Shown in pieces: positions 47,316-57,194 of a stretch of 64,000 nt of DNA (its first letter is position 1; every line of letters starts with the position of its first letter). The notes under the pieces are model-generated. The model was not told where the DNA came from. It saw only the letters and a program-made list of their open reading frames with translations, and ran no database searches. The stretch spans positions 12,529-76,528 of the forward strand of contig CAIRJF010000028.1 of assembly GCA_903878805.1 (NCBI GenBank). Reading direction: 5' to 3'. Source of the stretch: an uncultured Verrucomicrobia subdivision 3 bacterium (lineage in GTDB: Bacteria > Verrucomicrobiota > Verrucomicrobiia > Limisphaerales > UBA11358). The position numbers and the translations under genes were made by a program.

Positions 47316-47924
47316 CTAAATTTTCTTCGGCGCGTTCAAACCGTGCCGCGAATTTTCCTGCGTGTGCGTCAGCGCAAGCGCGAGCGCGTCCGCCGCGTCG
47401 GGCGCGGGCAACTCGGCGAGGTTCAACATCCGCTGCACCATTTTGGCGACGGCAATTTTTTGCGCCGCGCCGTAGCCGACAATCGCTTGCTTCACTTTGC
47501 GCGTGGCAATTTCGTAAATATCCAAACCAGCTTCGGCAATCGCCGCCATCGCGGCGCCGCGCGCTTCGCCCATGATGATGGCCGTCTTCAGATTTTGCGC
47601 GAAGAAAAGTCCTTCTACCACACAAACTGTCGGCTGATGTTCGCGCACGAGGTCACGCAGCGTTTGCGTAATTTTGGCGAGGCAACGCGAACGTTCCCAA
47701 TCTTTCGGACAGGTGATCGTGCCTTGCGCAAGCGCGGACAAATTATTTCTTTCCACGCGGATGACGCCGTAGCCCGTGCCGCGCACTGACGGATCAACGC
47801 CCAAAATTATTTGAGTGGCGCGTGGCGCGTGGCGAGTGACGGGCAAGGTCATTGCGGTCGCGCGCGATTTTTTTCCGCCGAGACGCTGCTGCATCTGCTC
47901 AAATTGTTGCCGGGAAATGCCCAC
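47316..47924 (-). CDS. ruvC: Holliday junction resolvase RuvC
   Basis: ILGVDP, TGYGVI, VVEG.F, GEARG, VKQAIVGYG.A.K, DAADALA. Confidence 0.95.
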   Translation of the reverse strand: MGISRQQFEQMQQRLGGKKSRATAMTLPVTRHAPRATQIILGVDPSVRGTGYGVIRVERNNLSALAQGTITCPKDWERSRCLAKITQTLRDLVREHQPTVCVVEGLFFAQNLKTAIIMGEARGAAMAAIAEAGLDIYEIATRKVKQAIVGYGAAQKIAVAKMVQRMLNLAELPAPDAADALALALTHTQENSRHGLNAPKKI

Positions 47925-47961
47925 ACGAAAAGGTTGCCAGCGCGCGTGGGCGGGCAAAAGG

Positions 47962-47993
47962 AAAAACGCCGTGACGGGTTTCGTCGCGGCGTT
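47962..47993 (-). terminator. Intrinsic terminator
   Basis: On the minus strand: AACGCCGCGACG-aaacc-CGTCACGGCGTT-TTT, just past the 48009 stop. Confidence 0.7.
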
Positions 47994-48008
47994 GAGGAAG
48001 CGGGCTAT

Positions 48009-49660
48009 TCAGCGGTTTTGGACAAACCAGTTCTGGTATCGTCCGCCGCCATTCGCGGAGCCGTTTTGATTTTGCGGCGACGGCATGGTCTGGCTGAAAT
48101 TCTGCCGTGGCTCGCTGTGCTGCGGATGATCAACCATCATCGGCGCGGTGAACGCCGGCTGCGGGTTCATTGGCCGCGACGGTTCACGCCAGTCGTTGTG
48201 CGCAGATGAATGTTGATTGAACGGCGCGGTCACGGTGTTGTTCACCGGCGCAGTGACTGTCGCCGCGGGCGCGGTGTAAGTCCGCTGCGCCTGATGATTT
48301 TCGCCGTTGTTGAGGAATCCGCCGCTGTGGGCGTAGCTGTGGGCGGGCGCAGAATTATTCGCCGGAGCGGTTGGGTTTGACCATGATTGCACGGATGAAT
48401 TCCCATTTCCCTGTTCGCGGTTGAATTGTCCTGCCTGCGGGCGCGACGGTGTTTGTGTCACTGGCGAATGTTGATTGCCGTTCGCCGGATTGAAGTTGTT
48501 GTTTCCGGTCGCAGCGGTGAATTGCCGGTTGGCGGAGCCGTCGGAAACGGCCGCACGGGATGAATCTCGCCCGGCCCGCGCCAACTATGGCGTTCCGACT
48601 GCATGACCGTGCCGACGCCGACCGCCTGGATGGGACGATGCGTTGCCGCGCCGATGGTCGTGATGGAAACGCCGTTGTTCACAATGGTGCGGTGGTTGTA
48701 GTCGTAGTTGTTGATGATGGTCGTCTGGTTGTAAATCTGCGTGATTTGGGTCGGCGGCACGCAGTAATTGCGCGGGTGCGGTTGGCAGAAATTGCCGATA
48801 GATACGAACGTGAAGCAATTTGCCGCGAGGCCGAAACCGAAACTGACGGAAACATTTCCGCCATGATAGGTGAAGCCGACGCCCGGCTGGTAGGCCGTGT
48901 AGGGCGGCAGCGGCGCCCAGCCGCAATAATCGCCGCTCGAACGCCACGTCACCCACGACGGCGCCCAGACGGTGTCCGGCCACCAGCACCAGCCGTAGTT
49001 CGGCGCGTTGAACCAGCGTCCGTAGTGGAAAGTCACGCCCCACGCGTAATCCGAGTTCCAATACCAGCCGCAGTCCGTGTAAACCCAGCGGCCGCGGTCG
49101 CAATAGGGCTGCCACGTCGCGTTATACACCACTTCCGTCGGCCGCCAGCAGCGGCCATAGCCGGCCACCTCGACCCACTGGCCGTAAGGCGACAGCGTGT
49201 CGTTAAAATTATTAATCGTCATGTTTTCCGGCGGCGCGGACGCGGCGGGCGGCGGCGAATTATTTTCAGAAACAACCGTGGGCGTGGTCGGCGGACTGGC
49301 GGGCGCGGGCGAAGAATTGTTGTTGATGCCGGCCAGAAAATTTTTGTCGTGGGCGAACATCGCGTTCACCATTTCCGACGTAACGCCCGCATCGGTCAGG
49401 GCAATGATTTTATCGGCATCGAGATTGAAGGCGGTCGGGCAGTTGGAGATGTAATTCTTAATCACGCCGGCATCCACGCCGGCCTGGGCGAGCTTGGCGA
49501 CTTGCGCGGCGGAACTGCCGGGGACAAGACTGTCCGGCAGCGTCGTGCCGTTCGCGGGCGGCGGCATCGGTTGCTCGTTGGCGAGGCTATCGTAAGCGGC
49601 GGCGGCGGCGATGGCCACCGCGAGCGCAATCAAGGTTTTGGAGGCAATATAATTTTTCAT
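48009..49660 (-). CDS. Secreted DUF6600-like Trp/Gly/Pro-rich protein with an apparent frameshift near 48565
   Basis: Signal peptide, LSPYGQW...YGRCWRP...WQPY..GRWVYTD.GWYW...HYGRW. The Asn/Gln/Pro-rich tail continues in another frame (48009-48584). Confidence 0.72.
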
Positions 49661-49703
49661 GGATGTTTTTGTTGAATGTTGATTGTGGTGCGTTCCACAA
49701 GAG

Positions 49704-49733
49704 TCAGACGCAGAGGATGCTCCGACCGTTCAC
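49704..49733 (-). promoter_or_regulatory. Candidate ECF-sigma promoter
   Basis: Minus strand TGAAC-N17-CGTCTGA, 43 bp upstream of the ATG at 49660. Confidence 0.5.
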
Positions 49734-49819
49734 GCACAAGTTGTAAACTTATTGAAGTCAACAACTTATTTTATGAAACCAATTTGGAAATGCGTTGAAA
49801 AACGAGGCGAATGAAAAGC

Positions 49820-51172
49820 TCAATTCCGCGTCAGTAGATAGCTTTTGAACTTCGCGTAATCCGCGCCCATGTGCTCAAAATCTTCCGGCAATTTTATCGC
49901 GGCCGTCATCGCGGGCGGCACGTCGGGCGCGAAGCCAATGGTCTTCTCGATCTCCTCCGGAAATTTCGCCGGGTTTGCTGTTTCCAAAATTACGGCGGGC
50001 AAACCATTTAACGATTCCGTTTCGAGCCAGTCTTCAAAACCGCGCCACGCCACCGCGCCGTGCGCTTCGAGCAACAATTCGTATTTGTTCCATACTTCGC
50101 GGATGGTCGCGCGCGTGCGGTCATCCGAAACCGAACTGGAAAATAAATCCCTGCGCATCGCGTCCAGATTTGGCTGCCGCAAAATTTTCCCCGTCTCGTC
50201 CATTTGCCCGCCATACAACGCCACCAGCCGCGCGAGATTGCTCGGATGCCCGACGTTCATCGCGTTGGAAACGGAATTGCGCGACGGCGAAATTTTTTCG
50301 TAATGACCGCTCGCCAGAAATTTCGGGAACGCGTCGTTGTCATTCACCGACGCGATGATTTTTCTCACCGGCAAACCCATTTGTTTCGCCACCATCGCGC
50401 CCATCATGTCGCCGAAATTTCCACTCGGCACGGAGAAGACAATTTCCTCGCCGGGTTTCGCCAAACGTGACGCGGCGTAAAAATAATAAACGCTCTGCGG
50501 CAACAGCCGGCCGATATTTATGGAATTCGCGGACGACAACGGCAGATGTTTTAATGACGCGTCAGCAAAGGCCTGCTTTACCATCGCCTGACAGTCGTCA
50601 AATTTTCCGTCAATCGCCACCGTGCGGACGTTGCCCGTCAGCGTGGTCATCAGCTTGCGCTGGCTCAGGCTGACTTCATCAATCGGAAACAAAACAATGA
50701 CGCGGATGCCGGGGACATTGTGGAACGCGTGCGCCACCGCCGCGCCCGTGTCGCCGCTCGTCGCGGTGAGAATCGTCAACTGCTTGCCATCTTCCGCCAA
50801 AAAACGGCCCATCAAGCGTGCCATCATGCGTGCGGCAAAATCCTTAAACGACGCCGTCGGCCCTTGATCCAGCCGCATCACGACCACGCGGTCATAAACT
50901 TTTTCGAGCGGAATTTCAAAATTGTAGGCGTCGGCACAAATCGCGGCGAGCGCAGCGGCGGGAATGATTCCGTCCGTGTATTTCGACAAGACGCGAAACG
51001 CGATTTCGTGATACGGCAATTTCGCGAAGGCCGCGATTTCTTCCGGCGTGAGCTGCGGAAATTTTTCGGGGAAATAAAGTCCGCGATCCGGCGCTTGGCC
51101 ACGCAAAAACGCCTCGCGCAAATTGACGGCGGGCGATTGGCCATTGGTGCTGCGAAAAAGAAGCGCGCTCAT
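49820..51172 (-). CDS. thrC: Threonine synthase
   Basis: GPTASFKDF (PLP lysine), TATSGDTG, SANSINIGR, VPSGNFG. Confidence 0.95.
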   Translation of the reverse strand: MSALLFRSTNGQSPAVNLREAFLRGQAPDRGLYFPEKFPQLTPEEIAAFAKLPYHEIAFRVLSKYTDGIIPAAALAAICADAYNFEIPLEKVYDRVVVMRLDQGPTASFKDFAARMMARLMGRFLAEDGKQLTILTATSGDTGAAVAHAFHNVPGIRVIVLFPIDEVSLSQRKLMTTLTGNVRTVAIDGKFDDCQAMVKQAFADASLKHLPLSSANSINIGRLLPQSVYYFYAASRLAKPGEEIVFSVPSGNFGDMMGAMVAKQMGLPVRKIIASVNDNDAFPKFLASGHYEKISPSRNSVSNAMNVGHPSNLARLVALYGGQMDETGKILRQPNLDAMRRDLFSSSVSDDRTRATIREVWNKYELLLEAHGAVAWRGFEDWLETESLNGLPAVILETANPAKFPEEIEKTIGFAPDVPPAMTAAIKLPEDFEHMGADYAKFKSYLLTRN

Positions 51173-52476
51173 TGCTCAAAACTTTCCACGCGGATCATCA
51201 CCGGCTTGCCTTTGACGGTCGGCAGCTTCGAGATCTTGGCGAGCGCTTTGGCGGCGACGCCGTTGGTCGCGTAGTGGAGCATGAAAATTAAAGGAACACT
51301 TTCGCCTTCGTGACCTTCCGGCTGGATGACAGACGAAATGCCGATGTTCGACTGGCCGAAAATTGTGGCGATGCGCGCGAGCACGCCGGGTTTGTCCACG
51401 ACGTTCAAGCGCACAAAATATTGCGAAACCACTTCACTAATTGGCGCAACGGCGCCAGCGCATTCGTGCGGGACAAACGCGGGCAAACGATTTTTGATGC
51501 CGGTTTTCAAGTCGAGCATCGCGTCGCCGATGTCGCTCAAAACGGAACTGGCCGTGGCATCCTTGCCCGCGCCGCGTCCGTAAAAAAGTGCGTCACCGAC
51601 GATGTCGCCTTGCACGAAAACCGCGTTGAACACGCCGTTAACACTGGCGAGAACGTGCGCGTTCGGAACGAGCGTCGGATAAACTGATGCCTGCACGCGG
51701 CAACTGCCTTCCAGTTTTTTCACCGTGCCGAGGAGCTTGATGGTGTAGCCGAGTTCGCCGGCATATTTGATGTCGAGCGCGCTGATGTGGCGGATGCCTT
51801 CGACGTAAACTTTTTTCGGATTTACCCAAAAGCCGTGCGCGAGTGAGGCGAGAATTCCCGTCTTGTGCGCGGCATCGTGGCCGTCAATGTCGAGGTCAGG
51901 CGGCGTTTCGGCGTAACCCAATTTTTGCGCGTCGGCCAGCACCGCGCCGAAGTCCGCGCCTTCCAATTTCATGCGCGTGAGAATGTAATTGCACGTGCCA
52001 TTCACGATGCCGTAAAGCGCCGTGATGCGGTTGCCGACAAAACCTTCGCGCAAAGATTTGATAATGGGAATGCCGCCCGCGACGCTCGCTTCGTAATAAA
52101 GATTCGTGCCGTATTTTTTTGCCGCCGCAAAAAGTTCTTCACCATGCGCGGACAACAAAGCCTTGTTCGCCGTGACGACGGGCTTACCGAGTTTGAGCGA
52201 AGTCAAAACGACTTCGCGCGCCACCGTCGTGCCGCCGATGAGTTCGGCGACGAGATTCACTTCGGGATCGCACACGACTTCGCGCCAATCGGTCGTCAGC
52301 AGGTTTTTTGGGATGGCCGTGGCGCGTTTTTTGTGCAAGTCGCGCACGGCGACGCGGTGAACTTTTATGTTTGCGCCGACGCGTGAGCTGAGGAGCGAGC
52401 CGTTGCGCGCGAGCGCTTCAAACACGCCGCTGCCTACGGTTCCGCCACCGATGATTCCGAGTTTGACCTGCTGCAT
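51169..52476 (-). CDS. hom: Homoserine dehydrogenase with ACT domain
   Basis: GGGTVG, VTANKA, EASVAGGIP, NGTCNYIL, GRGAG, DKPGVLA. Confidence 0.95.
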   Translation of the reverse strand: MQQVKLGIIGGGTVGSGVFEALARNGSLLSSRVGANIKVHRVAVRDLHKKRATAIPKNLLTTDWREVVCDPEVNLVAELIGGTTVAREVVLTSLKLGKPVVTANKALLSAHGEELFAAAKKYGTNLYYEASVAGGIPIIKSLREGFVGNRITALYGIVNGTCNYILTRMKLEGADFGAVLADAQKLGYAETPPDLDIDGHDAAHKTGILASLAHGFWVNPKKVYVEGIRHISALDIKYAGELGYTIKLLGTVKKLEGSCRVQASVYPTLVPNAHVLASVNGVFNAVFVQGDIVGDALFYGRGAGKDATASSVLSDIGDAMLDLKTGIKNRLPAFVPHECAGAVAPISEVVSQYFVRLNVVDKPGVLARIATIFGQSNIGISSVIQPEGHEGESVPLIFMLHYATNGVAAKALAKISKLPTVKGKPVMIRVESFEQ

Positions 52477-52523
52477 AATCAAGCGCACAGCTTGCCGCGA
52501 AACGGAGCAGGGGACAACTTCAA

Positions 52524-52558
52524 AGAATGCTGAAGGCTGAATTATGAATGATGAAACA
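52524..52558. repeat. Heptamer tandem tract
   Basis: AGAATGC TGAAGGC TGAATTA TGAATGA TGAAACA. Confidence 0.6.
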
Positions 52559-52560
52559 AA

Positions 52561-52989
52561 CTACGCCGCGTTGAACTGTGCGCTGATTTCTCCGGCGATT
52601 TTTTCCAGCGCACGCGTTTCGTCCGGCGTGTAGGCGTGTTCGCGGCGTGTGCCGATGCCGAGCGTGCCGAGAATTTTTTCGCCGTCGCGAATGGGCACGC
52701 ACAATGCGCCGCCGACGCCGGTTTGTTTCGCGCCGGGCTTGGCCACGCCGCTGGTGTCGGTCTGCAAGTTGCAAATCGTCACCGGTTGGTTTTGCGCGAC
52801 GGTCTGGCCGGCGATGCCTTTGCCGACGGGAATGGTTTTAACCACGTCGAGCAACTGCGGTGGCAGGCCGACCTGCGCGACGAGGTGAAGCAATTGCATC
52901 GGCGCATCGAGCCGGTGAATCGTGCTGGTCTCGGAATTGAATTGAGCGAGCGCATCGCGCAGGATTTTTTCCAGTTCAGCGAGGTTCAT
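52561..52989 (-). CDS. Stand-alone GAF-domain protein
   Basis: IPVGKGIAG, ALCVPI...ILGTL. Confidence 0.85.
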   Translation of the reverse strand: MNLAELEKILRDALAQFNSETSTIHRLDAPMQLLHLVAQVGLPPQLLDVVKTIPVGKGIAGQTVAQNQPVTICNLQTDTSGVAKPGAKQTGVGGALCVPIRDGEKILGTLGIGTRREHAYTPDETRALEKIAGEISAQFNAA

Positions 52990-52992
52990 AAA

Positions 52993-53343
52993 TCACACTC
53001 GTTGCAAATGCGTGTCTTTGAAAGCCGTTTCATATTTTAATCCGTAGCCAAGGAGCCGATCCCAGCCAATGTGTGCCAGCCAGATTAACGTCAGCCAAAA
53101 GTATGAGGTCTGTCCAGAAAACCACAGAATTGAAAATGCCAAGACCGGAGCGGTATAAGTGTGGGCCAGATTGTAAACCAACGCGCCGACCTTTTTGTTT
53201 GCGAGATAACCCAGCATGAAAAAATCTGGCGCAAGGAATAGCACGGCAAACCAGAGCCAACTGCCATGGACTTGATGGTAAAAAATGCAGGCGGCGAGCA
53301 AAACGACCGCGCCCTCAATTTGAAGCAACAATCTGGGTTTCAT
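52993..53343 (-). CDS. DUF4260 membrane protein
   Basis: LAPDFFMLGYL, YNLAHTY, WLAHIGWDRLLGYGLKY...F.DTHL. Confidence 0.88.
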   Translation of the reverse strand: MKPRLLLQIEGAVVLLAACIFYHQVHGSWLWFAVLFLAPDFFMLGYLANKKVGALVYNLAHTYTAPVLAFSILWFSGQTSYFWLTLIWLAHIGWDRLLGYGLKYETAFKDTHLQRV

Positions 53344-53361
53344 AACCGCAATGTGTTTGGT

Positions 53362-53706
53362 TTATGGTTTTAAATCGCCAGCGCGGTAGTGCAGCACTTT
53401 TACTTTTTCCAAAGTCACGAGTCCGCCGCCGAGCATTTTTTCCAGTTCGGGCAGGAAGGAATTTATTTTCTCCTCGCTGTCCACGATTTCGATGACGAGC
53501 GGCAGGTCGTCGGAGAGCCGCAGGATTTTCGCGGTGTGCAGGCGGCTGGCTTGGCCAAAACCCATCGGCCCGCGCAGCACGGTCGCGCCGGCGAGATGCT
53601 GTTCGCGCGCCTTGAGCACGATGGCTTCGTAAAGCGGCAGGTGTTCCCAGCGGTCGCTTTCGCCAAGAAAAATGCGGAGCAGGACGGCGTCAGTTGGAAT
53701 TTGCAT
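53362..53706 (-). CDS. DUF190 (PII-like) protein
   Basis: LRIFLGESD, LAGATVLRGPMGFG, LSDDLPLVIEIVD. Confidence 0.9.
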   Translation of the reverse strand: MQIPTDAVLLRIFLGESDRWEHLPLYEAIVLKAREQHLAGATVLRGPMGFGQASRLHTAKILRLSDDLPLVIEIVDSEEKINSFLPELEKMLGGGLVTLEKVKVLHYRAGDLKP

Positions 53707-53760
53707 ATTCAGTTTGTCGGCAAGTAAAACGGTTTATTTTTGAAACTGTTTACGAGCAAC

Positions 53761-53775
53761 TGATAAATTTTATCA
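53761..53775. promoter_or_regulatory. Perfect 7-1-7 palindrome, candidate operator
   Basis: TGATAAA-T-TTTATCA, 54 bp upstream of the DUF190 start. Confidence 0.45.
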
Positions 53776-53890
53776 CAAGGTCGAACGAAACTGAACTCAC
53801 ATTCCTCAACCGGCAGGCAAAATTTGATTAAACATTCAGGCCGCTAACGAGACTACCAAATCAGCTTGCCGCAAACTCGGATTGGCACCG

Positions 53891-55705
53891 TCACGAATTG
53901 ATGGCCGGTGGATTTAAGGGAATGTTCACCTCGATTTGAGTGCTCTCGCCCGGTTTGCTGCGGATTTTTATGGTGCCACCCATGGCGCGCAACCGTTCCC
54001 GCATTCCCAGCAGACCAAAGTGTCCTTGTTTCGGGCCGGGCAATGTTTGAGGATCAAAACCTCTGCCGTTATCGGCTACTGTAAAAAAGATTTTTTTGGA
54101 TTCAATCTTGCCTGTGATGGAGATGGATTTTGCGCCGGCATGTTTTATGGCATTGGTGATGGCCTCCTGCGCGACCATGAGCAGGTGGTTCGCTTCGAAC
54201 TCCGGCACACGGGTTCCGTCCGTTTCAATCTGACACGAGCAGGCGACGCCCGAGGTTTGCCCGGTGCGTTGCGCCAGTTCACGAAGCGCATCCTCAAAGG
54301 CCCGGCCGTCCAGTATGCCGGCGCGCAAAGCCCACAGTGACCGGCGCAGGTCATCGCGGCTGCGATTGAGCAGTTCGTGGGCGAATTCGTTGCATTTCGC
54401 CGCCTCGGTATGTTTATCGCCAAGAAAAACGCGCACGGCTTCTAGCTGATAAGTGGCGCCGGTCAGGTCTTGTTCGAGGGTATCGTGGAGGTCAGCTGCC
54501 AGACGGTTGCGTTCGCGGAGTGTGGCTTTGAATTCTACTTCGGCGTCGTGTTTGGATTGTTGTTCAGCCACCAGCCGGGCGGCTTGCTTGGCCACGGTCC
54601 GATGCAGCAGCCCCACCCAGGCGAGAGCCAGCGACAACACTAGCACCATGCCCGCCAGCGCTCCAAGCAGGCGAGTGGCGGTCCACCAGGAAGCGGCGTG
54701 GATGACGGTGATATCCGCCGGTGAACGTAGCAATATGCGAAAGCCCGTGGGCGAACCCACGGTTAAAGCCGGCCAGGTCGTGGCCAGCGACATCACGCAA
54801 ATCCCGGTCACCACCAGATCCGACCCTAGTCGAAGATTTTCTGTGTCGCCTGCGGGCACTCCATTCCCAAACGATGCGACGATGGTATGCCCTTCATGAT
54901 CCAAATAGAGTCGCGTTGGTTGTCCGGGAATGGCTTCAATGTTTTTAAGCCGGCCGGCGAGACTTACCAGCCGTCCGTCAAAATCAGGCGTTTCTAATTC
55001 ATGGGATGGCTTCGGGGCCTGAGTGGCAAGTTCCCAGTTCAAGGGCACGGGTGTCGGGGGAATGGCGGTGCCGGTCTTGCGGAATACCGCCTCGTGCAAT
55101 TCCGCGTAGTGCTGGACAATTTCAACAAAACCGACGGTGTCCACCTGATCTCCGACGACCAGCGGTTCTGATTGCTTGGTCGTCACGCGCACCGCGCGAT
55201 CGCCGGATTGCACATAAAAAAATTCACCCGGCTGGCTCAAGGTGACCACGCCTTGAACGCGTTGACGCAGCAAACGCGGCGATGTGGCTGAGAAGGGATT
55301 CAAATCTTCCAACTTCACAATTGGAGTGGAAAAGGCATCGGCCGGCGGCGATCGTAGAACATCCAGATCACTCCGATCCGTCATAAAAACATGCACCCCT
55401 AACAATTCTCCCCGACGGTTGTAAAAGGGCAGAGCGCAACCGCGGAGCTTTACCAGCGCACCCACCAACTGATCAATTTCAAAACCTGCCGAATCCAGCG
55501 CAACGGCGGAGAAATGTCCGCCCCCCTCAGTGGCGACCAGCAACTCAGCTTGGTATCCGGGATTGTTTTTGCCAAGTTTTTCCACCCGTTGCACCACGCC
55601 TTGCAAGGCAATCATCTGGCAGTCAAATATCTCACTGGATTGCCGGCGGCACCAGCCGGTAAGAAGTTTGCGATTGATGCAAAACAAATGCAGGTCGTAT
55701 TGCAA
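53891..55705 (-). CDS. NarX/HisKA_3-type sensor histidine kinase, probably 5'-truncated
   Basis: ERNRLAADLHDTLEQ, QEAITNAIKH, DNGRGF, HFGLLGMRER and one TM segment. No signal peptide, and only about 30 bp to the divergent gene. Confidence 0.8.
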   Translation of the reverse strand: MQYDLHLFCINRKLLTGWCRRQSSEIFDCQMIALQGVVQRVEKLGKNNPGYQAELLVATEGGGHFSAVALDSAGFEIDQLVGALVKLRGCALPFYNRRGELLGVHVFMTDRSDLDVLRSPPADAFSTPIVKLEDLNPFSATSPRLLRQRVQGVVTLSQPGEFFYVQSGDRAVRVTTKQSEPLVVGDQVDTVGFVEIVQHYAELHEAVFRKTGTAIPPTPVPLNWELATQAPKPSHELETPDFDGRLVSLAGRLKNIEAIPGQPTRLYLDHEGHTIVASFGNGVPAGDTENLRLGSDLVVTGICVMSLATTWPALTVGSPTGFRILLRSPADITVIHAASWWTATRLLGALAGMVLVLSLALAWVGLLHRTVAKQAARLVAEQQSKHDAEVEFKATLRERNRLAADLHDTLEQDLTGATYQLEAVRVFLGDKHTEAAKCNEFAHELLNRSRDDLRRSLWALRAGILDGRAFEDALRELAQRTGQTSGVACSCQIETDGTRVPEFEANHLLMVAQEAITNAIKHAGAKSISITGKIESKKIFFTVADNGRGFDPQTLPGPKQGHFGLLGMRERLRAMGGTIKIRSKPGESTQIEVNIPLNPPAINS

Positions 55706-55738
55706 TGAACGCGTTTTGAAATTAAATCTTTGAAAGAC

Positions 55739-56602
55739 ATGAATATTAACTCATCCAACAAAAATGCTATCCGGCGTGTTGGTTTTACGCTGATTGAATT
55801 GCTGGTCGTAATCGCCATCATTGGGATTTTGGCGGCGATGTTGTTACCCGCGCTTGCCGCTGCCAAGGCGAAAGCTCAGCGCATTCAATGCACGTCGCAG
55901 ATGAAGCAGCTAGGGCTTGGCTTCACGATGTTTACGGGCGATCACAGTGATATGTTCCCGCCAGCGTATGATGCCACGGGGGATTATGCCTACCAGCTTA
56001 CTTGGGATAATTACCTAAATAAATATATTGGCGGCTCAGCTCCAGATTCAGCTTTAATCGTCAGTATCATGGACGGAACACTCGCTCCCAAGATTTTGAA
56101 ATGCCCCGCCGATCAACAGCCCAACACCGTTGCCTACGCGGCCCAAGGAGCGCGCCGGTCTTATGCCATGAATTCGACCCATGCGAACGACATTGCGCCC
56201 GGTCAGGCATTGCCGCCAGCCAGCTATGGCGTTGGATTGGGCTATTATCATTACGACGGCTCAATCCCCAACTGGGACGCAATCGGCTATAAAAACTCTG
56301 TGGTGCAGGACAACAGCGGAACCATCCTGCTGGCGGAGTTGCCCAACGGACGCAATCTTTGCGGTAATGATTCGCCTTCGACGTGTGACGGACCGGGGCC
56401 AAATCCAGCCGGAGCGCAAGACCGGCTTCAGTTAGGCACAAGCGCGAATAGTCAGGGGACTGCTGCCTATGGTTTGCATTCCAAACGGTTTAATTATCTC
56501 TTTCACGACGGTCATGTGGAGGCGCTCAAGACGACGGATACCATTGGCACCGGCACGCTGGTCAGTCCTCTGGGCATGTGGACGATGACCAGCGGCGATT
56601 AG
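55739..56602 (+). CDS. Prepilin-type N-terminal cleavage/methylation protein with H-X9-DG motif
   Basis: [47 protein letters not shown]. Confidence 0.92.
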   Translation: MNINSSNKNAIRRVGFTLIELLVVIAIIGILAAMLLPALAAAKAKAQRIQCTSQMKQLGLGFTMFTGDHSDMFPPAYDATGDYAYQLTWDNYLNKYIGGSAPDSALIVSIMDGTLAPKILKCPADQQPNTVAYAAQGARRSYAMNSTHANDIAPGQALPPASYGVGLGYYHYDGSIPNWDAIGYKNSVVQDNSGTILLAELPNGRNLCGNDSPSTCDGPGPNPAGAQDRLQLGTSANSQGTAAYGLHSKRFNYLFHDGHVEALKTTDTIGTGTLVSPLGMWTMTSGD

Positions 56603-56889
56603 TTCGGATTCGTGCTGGTCTTGTCTCGATTTGGCGGACAGGGAGTGAAGGCATGAGGCATGGGTATTTTTAGTTGAGGTTGGTTTCAAAGTCCACAGAT
56701 GATTTGAAGCCAAGGGCGCTGTGGAACCGCTCGCGGTCGTAAAAGAGTTCAATCAATTCAACGATGGCGGTGCTGGCTTCGGCTCGCGTGGCGAATTGGC
56801 ATCGGTGCACCAGCTCCCGTTTGAATCTGCTCCAGAAGCTTGTCGTTCTTCCCGGTGAAAATCATAAGTATGATCAACGCGCATTGCGC

Positions 56890-57058
56890 CGGGTTGCCGC
56901 TCCTCTTTGTGGAAATCACCAAGACTCGGCTTGGCTACGGTGACGCGGTCGGTTTTGAGCGATCTCCAAATCAGCTTGCCGCAAACGTGGATTCGCGTAT
57001 AATGTTTGCCTAATTCAGGGTGGTGAACCAAATTTGCCACGGGAATATTTGCCAGCAC
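56890..57058 (-). pseudogene. N-terminal remnant of a tyrosine integrase
   Basis: PVANLVHH...HYTRIHVCGKLIWRSLKTDRVTVAK..LGDFHKEERQ resembles the N-terminus of PVC-group phage-type integrases (recognised from memory). No catalytic domain follows; it lies next to the tRNA fragment. Confidence 0.65.
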
Positions 57059-57154
57059 GAGTCTGCATTATCCAACAATCTGATTTTCGTGCGCGCGCAG
57101 TGTGAAAATTGAGAAATGTGGAAACCAGCATTTCAACCAATAAAATCAACAAAC

Positions 57155-57194
57155 GGAAGGGTGGCTGAGTGGTTAAAGGCATCTGACTCGAAAT
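57155..57194 (+). pseudogene. 5' half of tRNA-Ser(CGA), att-site core
   Basis: GGAAGGG-TG-GCTGAGTGGTTAAAGGC-A-TCTGA-CTCGAAA-T: acceptor 5' strand, D arm, anticodon stem and loop. The tRNA similarity then stops, with no T arm. Confidence 0.8.

Noticed and set aside
581-49675. Long antisense or alternative-frame ORFs (581-1537, 10742-11956, 22223-23230, 34265-35281, 36881-37918, 48560-49675)
   Set aside because: They overlap well-supported genes, have no recognisable motifs, and are expected shadows in high-GC DNA.
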